Shown one piece after another: positions 1-11,545 of a stretch of 54,816 bases of DNA. How positions within the stretch are numbered: position 1 is the first letter of the stretch; every line of letters starts with the position of its first letter. The stretch is from the NCBI RefSeq assembly GCF_001194135.2, contig NC_068991.1, positions 68,635,788-68,690,603 on the forward strand, in the 5' to 3' direction. The position numbers and the translations under genes were made by a program. The stretch is from Octopus bimaculoides (taxonomy: Eukaryota). The notes beneath the pieces were generated by a model. It searched no databases. It was not told the DNA's origin and saw only the letters and a program-made list of their open reading frames with translations.

Positions 1-21
1 TATATATATATATATACACAC

Positions 22-74
<53 letters not shown>

Positions 75-210
75 TCCCCGTAACTTAGCAGTTCGGCAAA
101 AGAGTCCGATAGAATAAGTACTAGGCTTACAAAGAATAAGTCCTGTGATCGATTTGTTCAACTAAAGGCGGTGCTACATCATGGCCGCAGTCACATGACT
201 GAATCAAATA
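75..210 (+). mobile_element. SINE family A, 3' part
   Basis: CCCCGTAACTTAGCAGTTCGGCAAAAGAG...GGCGGTGCT...CATGGCCGCAGTCA matches the 3' half of the full copy at 53509-53941. Confidence 0.85.
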
Positions 211-715
211 ATATATATATATATATATAGTACTGTATATGACTTCAATTATTTATATTATATTACATACATTCATGCATATATATATGCGTGTATGTGT
301 GTGTGTGTGTGTGTGTGCGTGTGGTATGATGACACACCATCGCTAAATACTTAGTAGCCATTCTCAAAATGTTTCAAAGCACTAACATCATTTTAAATCA
401 CACACACACATGCACAAAGGCACGCGCACCCGCATACGCACTCACACATACACACACACACACACACGTTCACACACACACCACACGCACATACACTCGC
501 ACGCACATTGACTCATCTTGTACACATTGATGTAAACTCAGTCACAGACATAGACACACATAATTATGAAAGGCGAACGATTCAATATACATTTAATGAA
601 AAGGTGATATGAAAGGTGATAAGGAACGAATTATAATCCAAGAAAAGGATTGCTAAAATTATAAGCATAAGATTAGCTGATTGTAAGACGGAAGGTTTTG
701 GCAGTGTGTATGTGT

Positions 716-1107
<392 letters not shown>

Positions 1108-1111
1108 TACA

Positions 1112-2686
1112 CAGTGGGGGAAATAAATATTCGTACATGTCAAAATTCTTTATTTATTTAATTTGTAATGAACATAAATGGGATATACCAATGCTATATT
1201 TGCATACACAAACATAAACTAGGAATATGCAAAAGAAACTAATAAATTATAGTAACTAATGAATTTATATACAAATATAAATATTTAGGAGTGAAAAAAG
1301 TATTCGTACAGAACATAAATAACTGATAATTCTGATTTAATACTTCGTAGCATAACCATTATTCAGTTCCACTTCAACCAATCTCTTCTTGTAGTTCTTA
1401 ATCAATGACTGGCATGTTTCTTTAGGAATTCTTATTCATTCTTCTTGACAAATTTTCTTCCAATCTGGAATGCACATTGGGGCTCTTGAGTGAGTTTTAA
1501 TTTTCAAATAACGCCACAAATTTTCAATGGGGTTCAAATCAGGTGACTGGCTTGGCCATTCTAATAATTTTATATTGTGATTGACAATCCAGTTTTGGTA
1601 GACTTCGTCGGGTCCTTAGGGTCATTATCTTGACGTAAAACCCACCCTTCACAAAGCTAAAGCTTTTCTACAGAGTCCCATAAATTATTGTTCAAAATAT
1701 TTTGGTACATCTCTGCATTCATTCTATCACATGTAAATTGCCAGTGCCATTTGCAGAGAAATACCCCTACACAATGATGTTGCCGCCTCCAAACTTTACA
1801 GTAGGAATTGTGTTTTTCGGCGAATAGGTGGTACCATCTTTCCTCCAAACATGGTTACGCGAATTTCGTCCAAACAATTCAATTTTTGACTCGTCTGTCC
1901 AAAGAACATTTTCCCAGATTGTATCAGATTTATCTTTACGCTCATAAACAAATTTTAAACGGGCATCTCTATGCCTTTTAGTCAACAGTGGAGTTTTTCT
2001 AGGAGAGCATGACTTCAGTTCATTCCTATGAAGTTCATTGCTGATTGTTCATAGTGTAACACTAGTCCCTGAATCTAACAAATCTTCTTGCAACTCCTTT
2101 CTGGTGATCATTGCGTTTTTCTTCGATACTTCACTCCATTTTTCTTAAAGATCTAGGGGAAATCTTGCGTGGTGCACCGGATCTTATTCTGTTTTCAACA
2201 GTTCCCGATTTTTTATATCTTTGAATAAATGAAGATATGGTAGAAAATGGAATACAAAGGGTCTTTGATATTTTCCTGTCACTTTTACCTGCTTTCCACT
2301 GTTCAATAATTAAGTTTTTCACTGAATTTGTGAGTTCTTTACTTTTCGCCATTATTACGACACTACTTTATGTTGTCTCAGTGCTGAATGAAGAAGCTAG
2401 CGTTTTGACACTTAAAAGTGACCACTGATGAGATTATTGGAACAAACGAGAAAGTTCTAGTAAAAAATTATTCTAACAGTACTTTGTGGCATAGAAACTC
2501 ATGAATTTATTCTGTACGAATACTTTTTTCACCCCTAAATATTTATAATTGTATATAAATTCATTAGTTACTATAATTTATTAGTTTCTTTTGCATATTC
2601 TTAGCTTATGCATGTGTATGCAAATATAGTATTGGTATATCCCATTTATGTTCATTAGAAATTAAATAAATAAAGAATTTTGACAT
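1112..2686 (-). mobile_element. Tc1/mariner DNA transposon, Tc1 (DD34E) family, IR/DR-type long terminal inverted repeats; decayed
   Basis: Left end CAGTGGGGGAAATAAATATTCGTACA at 1112. About 1137-1320 is the reverse complement of about 2505-2686 (about 8 mismatches plus a 2-nt indel by eye). The core TATTCGTACA recurs at 1128-1137 and 1301-1310. The outer ~25 bp of the right TIR are missing next to the N-gap at 2693. Confidence 0.93.
1337..2352 (-). pseudogene. Tc1-family transposase pseudogene (~338 codons, several stops and frameshifts)
   Basis: Manual translation: MAKSKELT...paired-like HTH...GAPRK; WTDESKIELFG (first D), TVKFGGGNIIV, QDNDPK (second D), WPSQSPDLNPIENLW (E, 34 residues after the second D once a 1-nt deletion is corrected), ending NNGYATKY* with the stop at 1337-1339. 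ORF-track pieces 2131-2352, 1767-1985 and 1657-1848 belong to it. Confidence 0.95.
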
Positions 2687-3258
2687 ATGTATNNNNNNNN
2701 NNNNNNNNNNNNNNNNNNNNNNNNNNNNNNNNNNNNNNNNNNNNNNNNNNNNNNNNNNNNNNNNNNNNNNNNNNNNNNNNNNNNNNNNNNNNNNNNNNNN
2801 NNNNNNNNNNNNNNNNNNNNNNNNNNNNNNNNNNNNNNNNNNNNNNNNNNNNNNNNNNNNNNNNNNNNNNNNNNNNNNNNNNNNNNNNNNNNNNNNNNNN
2901 NNNNNNNNNNNNNNNNNNNNNNNNNNNNNNNNNNNNNNNNNNNNNNNNNNNNNNNNNNNNNNNNNNNNNNNNNNNNNNNNNNNNNNNNNNNNNNNNNNNN
3001 NNNNNNNNNNNNNNNNNNNNNNNNNNNNNNNNNNNNNNNNNNNNNNNNNNNNNNNNNNNNNNNNNNNNNNNNNNNNNNNNNNNNNNNNNNNNNNNNNNNN
3101 NNNNNNNNNNNNNNNNNNNNNNNNNNNNNNNNNNNNNNNNNNNNNNNNNNNNNNNNNNNNNNNNNNNNNNNNNNNNNNNNNNNNNNNNNNNNNNNNNNNN
3201 NNNNNNNNNNNNNNNNNNNNNNNNNNNNNNNNNNNNNNNNNNNNNNNNNNNNNNNNNN

Positions 3259-3300
<42 letters not shown>

Positions 3301-4144
3301 ATACAAAATATATATATATATATATATATGGATGTATATGTATGTATATGTGTGTGTGTGTTTATATAGAGAGTTATAGGGATTTTTAAGAGTGGAAAAA
3401 AAGGAGTATAATGAGTAGGAGTAAGAGAGAGGGAGAGGGGAGACAGATAGATAGATAGATAGATAGATAGACAGAGAGAGAGAGAGAGAGAGGGAGAGAT
3501 GGTGAGGGAGAGAGAGAGGGGGGCAAAAAGTATAAGAGAGAGGGTCTGTGGGAAAATGGTTGGTCAGTGAGAAGATAAGTGGTTCTGTCTGGAAGAAAGG
3601 AAAGGAGGGGAAGAGGAAGAAGAAGAAGAAGAAAGGATAAAAAACACAAAAGGCGTTTAGTGAAAGAAGGATAATAAAATGTTTGACAAATTTCCACAGG
3701 GTGTATATAATTGTATAGTTACCCAAACGGGTATTTTATATACGACATACCCACAATATCGTATCTATAGGCTCTTCGGTATTTCCTTCAATTTATGTGT
3801 TTCAATATTTACGGGATAAAACTGGAGGGCATCACGTCTAATTCCAGGTGTCAACGCGCAAGGTGCGCGTTTGGAGAGTTTCATTGACATACCAATATAT
3901 GCAGTCACATAGGCGTACCTGTGTGTGTGCGTGCATGCGTGCATCCGTGTGTGTGTGTGTGTGTGTGTCTGCGTGCGTGCGTGCGCGCGCACGCGTGTGT
4001 AAATGTATATATATACGTATATATAAATGTACATCTATCTATCTATCTATTTATCTGTCTGTCTGTGTGTCTATCTATCTGTGTAACTATCTTTACACAC
4101 ACAGGTACATACATGCATACATACATACATGCGTGCATACATAC

Positions 4145-4192
<48 letters not shown>

Positions 4193-5040
4193 AGTATNNN
4201 NNNNNNNNNNNNNNNNNNNNNNNNNNNNNNNNNNNNNNNNNNNNNNNNNNNNNNNNNNNNNNNNNNNNNNNNNNNNNNNNNNNNNNNNNNNNNNNNNNNN
4301 NNNNNNNNNNNNNNNNNNNNNNNNNNNNNNNNNNNNNNNNNNNNNNNNNNNNNNNNNNNNNNNNNNNNNNNNNNNNNNNNNNNNNNNNNNNNNNNNNNNN
4401 NNNNNNNNNNNNNNNNNNNNNNNNNNNNNNNNNNNNNNNNNNNNNNNNNNNNNNNNNNNNNNNNNNNNNNNNNNNNNNNNNNNNNNNNNNNNNNNNNNNN
4501 NNNNNNNNNNNNNNNNNNNNNNNNNNNNNNNNNNNNNNNNNNNNNNNNNNNNNNNNNNNNNNNNNNNNNNNNNNNNNNNNNNNNNNNNNNNNNNNNNNNN
4601 NNNNNNNNNNNNNNNNNNNNNNNNNNNNNNNNNNNNNNNNNNNNNNNNNNNNNNNNNNNNNNNNNNNNNNNNNNNNNNNNNNNNNNNNNNNNNNNNNNNN
4701 NNNNNNNNNNNNNNNNNNNNNNNNNNNNNNNNNNNNNNNNNNNNNNNNNNNNNNNNNNNNNNNNNNNNNNNNNNNNNNNNNNNNNNNNNNNNNNNNNNNN
4801 NNNNNNNNNNNNNNNNNNNNNNNNNNNNNNNNNNNNNNNNNNNNNNNNNNNNNNNNNNNNNNNNNNNNNNNNNNNNNNNNNNNNNNNNNNNNNNNNNNNN
4901 NNNNNNNNNNNNNNNNNNNNNNNNNNNNNNNNNNNNNNNNNNNNNNNNNNNNNNNNNNNNNNNNNNNNNNNNNNNNNNNNNNNNNNNNNNNNNNNNNNNN
5001 NNNNNNNNNNNNNNNNNNNNNNNNNNNNNNNNNAATACCT

Positions 5041-5270
5041 ATTTCTTTATTGCCCCCAAGGGGCTATACACAGAGGGGACAAACAAAGACAGACATACGG
5101 ATTAAGTCGATTATATCGACCCCAGTGCGTAACTGGTACTTATTTAATCGACCCCGAAAGGATGAAAGGTAAAGTCGACCTCGGCGGAATTTGAACTCAG
5201 AACATAACGGTAGACGAAATACCGCTAAGCATTTCGCCCGGCGTGCTAGCGTTTCTGCCAGCTCGCCGCC
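5041..5270 (-). mobile_element. SINE family B, tail type B1, near full length
   Basis: Reverse complement reads GGCGGCGAGCTGGCAGAAACGCTAGC (A-box-like)...GAGTTCAAATTCC (B-box-like), core CTTTCATCCTTTCGGGGTCGAT...AGTACCAG, tail ...GCCCCTTGGGGGCAATAAAGAAATAG. Confidence 0.9.
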
Positions 5271-5277
5271 TTACACA

Positions 5278-5334
<57 letters not shown>

Positions 5335-5799
5335 TACACACGTGCATGCATCTGTGCTTGCGTATGCAAACTTTGTGTACGTGTCTGTGTGTGTGTGTGT
5401 GTGCGTTTGTTTCTCTGTGTGTGTGTGTGTGTGTTTTTATTCTTTGAAGCTGTACACGTCCAGTTTGTCAATGATTCACTTCCGTACAATTCTTCAGTAC
5501 AATTTGGTCCACTTTCATGTCTGGCCATCTGTCTGTCTATTTGTTTATCTACCCCTCCCTATGTTTATCTGGTTCCGTCGTTCTCCTCATCCAACGGCCG
5601 CCGGTCTCATGGGTCAGCGCGTTCAAGTTTTGGCTGGAAGCGATCTACGCTAGGCAACACAGGAGGAATACAGTTATCAATGACAATGGTTGTTTTTCAT
5701 GATGTGTTATTATCTATGAGCTTAATTATATATCAATGAGTGTTTATATACCTATATGCATTCGGTCTTATTGTGCATGTAAAATCAGATACCTAAACG

Positions 5800-5854
<55 letters not shown>

Positions 5855-6046
5855 GCATATACATTAGTTCCTGTGTATTAATGCTTATGTATATTTCAGT
5901 GTTAATATATGTACTTTTCCTCGTATGTCTTTACGTTCTCATTGGGTGTATAATATAATATAATTTACAAGTACATATATCAGGCTGAGTAAAAAGTAAG
6001 CAACGTTTTGAAACATGAAATTCATCACAATATATTTCAACAAAAA

Positions 6047-6262
6047 GGCGGTGATGTGGCAGAAACTTTAGCACGCCTGCCGAAATGCTTAGCGCTATTT
6101 CGTCTGTCATTACGTTCCCAGTTGAAAATCCACAGAGATCGACGTTGCTTTTTATTCTTACAGGGTCGATAAATTATGTACCAGTTGTGTACTGGGGTCG
6201 ATCTAATCGACTGGCCGCTTCCCCTCAGAATTTCAGACCTTGTGCCTAGAGTAGAAAAGAAT
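6047..6262 (+). mobile_element. SINE family B, tail type B2, diverged
   Basis: Same head and core as 5041-5270 but ending CCTTGTGCCTAGAGTAGAAAAGAAT. Confidence 0.85.
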
Positions 6263-6339
6263 ATGTATGTATAAAGAATATATATAGAAAAGAATATATG
6301 TACTTTTCTACGTAAATATACATAGATTGTTTTTTGTTT

Positions 6340-6404
6340 GCGCCCTTTTAAAGCCTAGCTAGGCCCATGGGCCCAGGTTTCCCGGTTTCTATGGCGTATG
6401 TGTT
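6340..6404 (-). mobile_element. Tail fragment of another SINE-like family, replacing the head of a family A copy
   Basis: GCGCCCTTTTTAAAGCCTAGCTAGGCCCATGGGCCCAGGTTTCCCGGTTTCTATGGCGTA partly matches 22384-22400 (CCCGGTTTCCAAGGCGTA). Family assignment relies partly on a recalled consensus. Confidence 0.5.
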
Positions 6405-6503
6405 GTACCTTGGGCATGTGTCTTCTACTGTAGCATCGGGCCGACCAAAGCCTTTTGAGTGGATTTGGTAGACGGAAACTGAATGAAGCCTGTCGTATAT
6501 ATG

Positions 6504-6598
<95 letters not shown>

Positions 6599-6830
6599 GT
6601 ACATGTTTATGTGTCTGTGTTTGTACCCCCAAATTCGCTTGACAACCGATGCTGATGTGCTTACGTCCATGTAACTTAGCGGTTCGACAAAAAAAATTCA
6701 GTTAGAATAAGTACTAGGCTAACAAAGAATAAGTCCTGTGGTCGATTTTCCCGACTAAAGGCGGTGTTCCAGCATTGCCGCAGTAGGTATATATGACTGA
6801 ATCAGGTAAAAGAACAAAAGAATAAATGTG
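6405..6830 (+). mobile_element. SINE family A lacking its tRNA head, with internal (CA)n(TA)n
   Basis: ACCTTGGGCATGTGTCTTCTACT...GGATTTGGTAGACGGAAACTGA, then microsatellite, then the 3' half as in 53509-53941. Confidence 0.88.
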
Positions 6831-6889
6831 TAATAGAATACACATATATGTGTGTGTGTGTATGTGTGTGTATGTATCTATGTACATAC

Positions 6890-6957
<68 letters not shown>

Positions 6958-7321
6958 GTACAGAATATATGTGTGCATATGCGCAAATATATATAGATAT
7001 ACACGCACGCACGCACGCACACAGGCACACACTAGTAGACACACAGACGTATATCTCTATCTATATGTGTGTGTATGAATGTGCTTATTTGCCTGTATAT
7101 GTCTATGAATGTAGCGTGTGTATATATATATATAAATCTGTGTACGTACGATTTTGAATTTCCTTCCAACTACAGACTACATACTTATTAAGCGCTTCCG
7201 CCGCTCAGAAAGCAAGGTGTGTTGTGGCTATTATTATGGTCATTGATAAGGCCAACAACAACAGCATCAAAGACAACGACGATCGACGATGGCGACGATG
7301 ATTCGGATGACCACGATGACA

Positions 7322-7361
<40 letters not shown>

Positions 7362-7915
7362 GGATGACCACGATGACAATGATGTTGACAATGATGATGA
7401 TGATGATGCTCATGATGATAATTAGGATCGTAGCATAGATCGTGGTGGCGACGGCGGTGCTGGAGAAAGGTCTTGTGTTAGGGGTGGTAACAGCGTTTTG
7501 TATCGGTGATCAGGATCGGGTAGAAGAGTGCTGATTGTCTCCTGAAATGACAGGGTGCTGTGTTATAAAGAAGACCCTAATGAGACAGTCTGTAAGGTTT
7601 ATATAGCAATCTACCCGATCCGGCCATGCCCACCTCCCTTGCCTATCCCACCTGCAACTCATAGACGCTCTAATGACGATTGTCACTCACACTACTGTCA
7701 ACACTCACTCCGAACACACCACCCAGGTCACTACAACCCTGAACTCCACTCCACTCCACCTATATCGTCACCACCCTCAACGTGACCATCAACAGCGAGT
7801 ACCCCGAAGAACTAGTATGTCACTAGCGGCCTACTACCATCACCACACATACCACCACCACCACCAACAACACCATCACCACCACCACCGCCAACACCAC
7901 CGACACCACCACCGA

Positions 7916-7974
7916 CCTAACCCTAACCCTAACCCTAACCCTAACCCTAACCCTAACCCTAACCCTAACCCCAA
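7916..7974 (-). repeat. Interstitial telomere-like (TTAGGG)n tract
   Basis: CCTAA + (CCCTAA)x8 at 7921-7968 + CCCCAA, inside a C-rich low-complexity block. Confidence 0.92.
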
Positions 7975-8402
7975 CCATCCCCAGTCACCGCTACCGCCAC
8001 CACTACTAATAATACGACCAGCGCCACCAACACTTCCAACACCACAACCATCACTACAACCGCTGCCCACCTCCGCCAACATTATCACCACCATCAACAT
8101 CACCACCACACACAACCATCATCCCTATGAAAGACATCACCTCTAGCATGAAAACAAGCTCTCTCACCGCATCTCCCGCCTGAGGCAATGTCAGCCATTT
8201 TGTAAGCAATAACGCTAACCGAAGAAATATTCTCTTCCCCTCTTATCTCAACTAGAAACCAATAATTATATGTAAGGCACCATATAATTTTTTATTTACA
8301 TCCGTCTACCCTTCAACAGACTCGAACTGAGAATCTTCCCATTGTTGTGCTCTTAATTCGGTTTACGTATGTGTGAACGCGCATATACATGTACATCCAT
8401 CC

Positions 8403-8439
<37 letters not shown>

Positions 8440-8465
8440 GGAAAATGAAAAAAAGCCAGAATGCT

Positions 8466-8613
8466 AAACTGGAAGCATATTTTAGTAAAGATTTCTTCTA
8501 ACCGGTTTCCATTGCGAAAAGCAAATTATCAAGAAGAAGGAGAATGAAAATGTTTTTTTACAAAGAAGGAAAACCGGTTAGAAGAAATCTTTATTAAAAT
8601 ATGCTTCCAGTTT
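8466..8613. repeat. Near-perfect 45-bp inverted repeat with 57-nt spacer (MITE/foldback-like)
   Basis: 8466-8510 AAACTGGAAGCATATTTTAGTAAAGATTTCTTCTAACCGGTTTCC versus the reverse complement of 8568-8613: 1 mismatch plus 1 indel. The right arm abuts an N-gap. Confidence 0.9.
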
Positions 8614-8959
8614 NNNNNNNNNNNNNNNNNNNNNNNNNNNNNNNNNNNNNNNNNNNNNNNNNNNNNNNNNNNNNNNNNNNNNNNNNNNNNNNNNNNNNNN
8701 NNNNNNNNNNNNNNNNNNNNNNNNNNNNNNNNNNNNNNNNNNNNNNNNNNNNNNNNNNNNNNNNNNNNNNNNNNNNNNNNNNNNNNNNNNNNNNNNNNNN
8801 NNNNNNNNNNNNNNNNNNNNNNNNNNNNNNNNNNNNNNNNNNNNNNNNNNNNNNNNNNNNNNNNNNNNNNNNNNNNNNNNNNNNNNNNNNNGGAGTAAGC
8901 ACATAAAATGTGCAACAAGGTGGAAAAAAGAGTACTCAAATACCAGAGGTAGAGTAATA

Positions 8960-9040
8960 TGCTTTATTTAAAAGCAGCAGAAATATAACAAAAGACTGTT
9001 ACTCTGAGTTTTACGTTCCCGTTCATCGGACAGTTTTGTT
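8960..9040. repeat. Unclassified dispersed repeat, also at 45785-45855 in the opposite orientation
   Basis: GCTTTATTTAAAAGCAGCAGAAATATAACAAAAGACTGTTACTCTGAGTTTTACGTTCCCGTTCATCGGA is the approximate reverse complement of TCCGACGAACGGAAACGTGAAACTCTGAGTAACAGTTTTTGTAATATTTTTGCTGCTTTTTAATAACGC. Confidence 0.8.
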
Positions 9041-9213
9041 AGAAATGGGAAAGGAATAACAATGCAGAAAGAGGGGCAGAAAGAGAGTAATTGAGAGTGA
9101 CAGGGAGAAAGAGAAGTGAGAGATAAATCGTAAGATAATGTTAGTGAGTGTTGAACATTGAGAGAGTCTGACATAGAGAAGAGTGCTGAAAGATAGAGTA
9201 AGGTGTTAAGAGA

Positions 9214-9268
<55 letters not shown>

Positions 9269-9779
9269 NNNNNNNNNNNNNNNNNNNNNNNNNNNNNNNN
9301 NNNNNNNNNNNNNNNNNNNNNNNNNNNNNNNNNNNNNNNNNNNNNNNNNNNNNNNNNNNNNNNNNNNNNNNNNNNNNNNNNNNNNNNNNNNNNNNNNNNN
9401 NNNNNNNNNNNNNNNNNNNNNNNNNNNNNNNNNNNNNNNNNNNNNNNNNNNNNNNNNNNNNNNNNNNNNNNNNNNNNNNNNNNNNNNNNNNNNNNNNNNN
9501 NNNNNNNNNNNNNNNNNNNNNNNNNNNNNNNNNNNNNNNNNNNNNNNNNNNNNNNNNNNNNNNNNNNNNNNNNNNNNNNNNNNNNNNNNNNNNNNNNNNN
9601 NNNNNNNNNNNNNNNNNNNNNNNNNNNNNNNNNNNNNNNNNNNNNNNNNNNNNNNNNNNNNNNNNNNNNNNNNNNNNNNNNNNNNNNNNNNNNNNNNNNN
9701 NNNNNNNNNNNNNNNNNNNNNNNNNNNNNNNNNNNNNNNNNNNNNNNNNNNNNNNNNNNNNNNNNNNNNNNNNNNNNNN

Positions 9780-9839
<60 letters not shown>

Positions 9840-10077
9840 TTCCTCCTCATCGACACCACCACCACCACTGCTACTACTATCATCATCATCATCATCATCA
9901 TCAGCATTATCATTGCTACCACTATCGTCACGACAACCTCGACTACTACTACCATGACCACCACCAAAACCACCAACCACCACCACCACCACTACCAACA
10001 ACAACAACAGCACCGCCGCCACCGCTGCCGCTGTTTTGTATTTTATCCGACGCATTCACGTCTTATTAATAATAATG

Positions 10078-10144
<67 letters not shown>

Positions 10145-10627
10145 TAATAATAATAATGGTAACAAAACGATAACAACAATTTGAGCAAGAACAACAACAA
10201 TTTAAAAAAGATCTTTGCCCTCAATACATTTATGGTACCAGTTGTGGCGTATTGATCTGTGGTACTGGACTGCAGAATGACAGAATCAAATTCCGTAGAC
10301 TGTACTGTACATTTAAGGAATCGATTGAGAAAACACTACATTAAACAATAAATCAGGCACTCGGCGATTCTACATCTCCAGAGGAGAGATTTGCAGGAAC
10401 AATATAAAATGGCAGCTAAAGACGGGCGAAATACCGCTAAGTATTTCGCCCGACGTGCTAAAGTATTATATAAATATTAATAGCAAAGGATTGGTATAAA
10501 TATATACCAGGCACCATCTGAGTTAACAACAAAACGACCATACTCTGGAATATAACTATGGCTTACAGAATTCAAGATTAATCCACCGGGTGTAGCTGTC
10601 AAGAGTTAACAGAAAAAGCAGTATTAT

Positions 10628-10854
10628 TGCTTTTCATCCTTTCGAGGTCGATAAATTAAGTACCAGTTACGCACTGGGGTCGATGTAATCGACTTAATCC
10701 CTTTGTCTGTCCTTGTTTGTCCCCTCTGTGTGTAGCCCCTTGTGGACAATAAAGAAATAAGAATCGTTAGCGTGCAGGTCAAAATGCTTAGTGGTATTTC
10801 GTCTGTCTTTACGTTCTGAGATCAAATTCCGCCGCGGTCGGCTTTGCCTTTCAC
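10628..10854 (+). mobile_element. SINE family B: 3' half of a B1 copy joined directly to the 5' half of a second copy
   Basis: Core plus B1 tail ends ...CAATAAAGAAATAA at 10760, followed at once by GAATCGTTAGCG...GAGATCAAATTCCGCC. Confidence 0.88.
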
Positions 10855-11310
10855 CAAATGAATACCAAATATATATTGCGTGTGTTTTTATTGACTAAAC
10901 TGGCAACATGACCATCCCCAAATACAAACAATATCTGTTTCAACACACGAATTCACATCAAGAATCTTACAAAATGAATATATAAACAGTCTAAATATTA
11001 ACTAACATCAAAGCTTAAGAGAAAAATGCCTGGCAAAAGAAGAAAAGAAAATACGAACTCTTCTACAATGATGTCTTATTTATAGCGCAATAATGTTATA
11101 AATTCTTGGTATTCATTCGAGGGAATAGCTTGATACTGTGTATATGTAGCACTGTGCGAACAGGTACGGCACAACCATACAGATTGACCCACAATTATGC
11201 ACGTATACATACATATATATAGATAGATGTATCTATGTGTTTTATATACATAAAATTTATGTATATATCATTATTATTATTAAAGTGGAAAAATCATGAG
11301 AAAAGCCGTT

Positions 11311-11545
11311 TCTCTTTTACTCTTTTACTTGTTTCAGTCATTTGAATGTGGGCATGCTGGAGCACCGGCTTTAGTCGATCAAATCGACCCCAGGACTTAT
11401 TCTTTGGAAGCCTAGTACTTATTCTATCGGTCACTTTTACCGAACCACTAAGTTACGGGGACGTAAACACACCAGCATCGATTGTCAAGCGATGTTGGGG
11501 GGACAAACACAGAGACACAAACACATACAAACACATACGTATATA
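11311..11545 (-). mobile_element. SINE family A, 3' half; the rest is lost in the gap
   Basis: Reverse complement matches 53730-53941 and runs into (TA)n and the N-gap. Confidence 0.88.

Noticed and set aside
3853-3871. 8-bp perfect hairpin AACGCGCA-agg-TGCGCGTT
   Set aside because: Short enough to arise by chance in 55 kb, with no supporting context.
7219-7425. Apparent signal peptide plus poly-Asp ORF
   Set aside because: Starts at GTG with no early in-frame ATG; the acidic part is a (GAT)n array.
7673-8146. 157-aa His/Pro/Thr-rich ORF
   Set aside because: The PN repeat is the telomeric hexamer and the rest is CCA/CAC low complexity; no splice or homology support.
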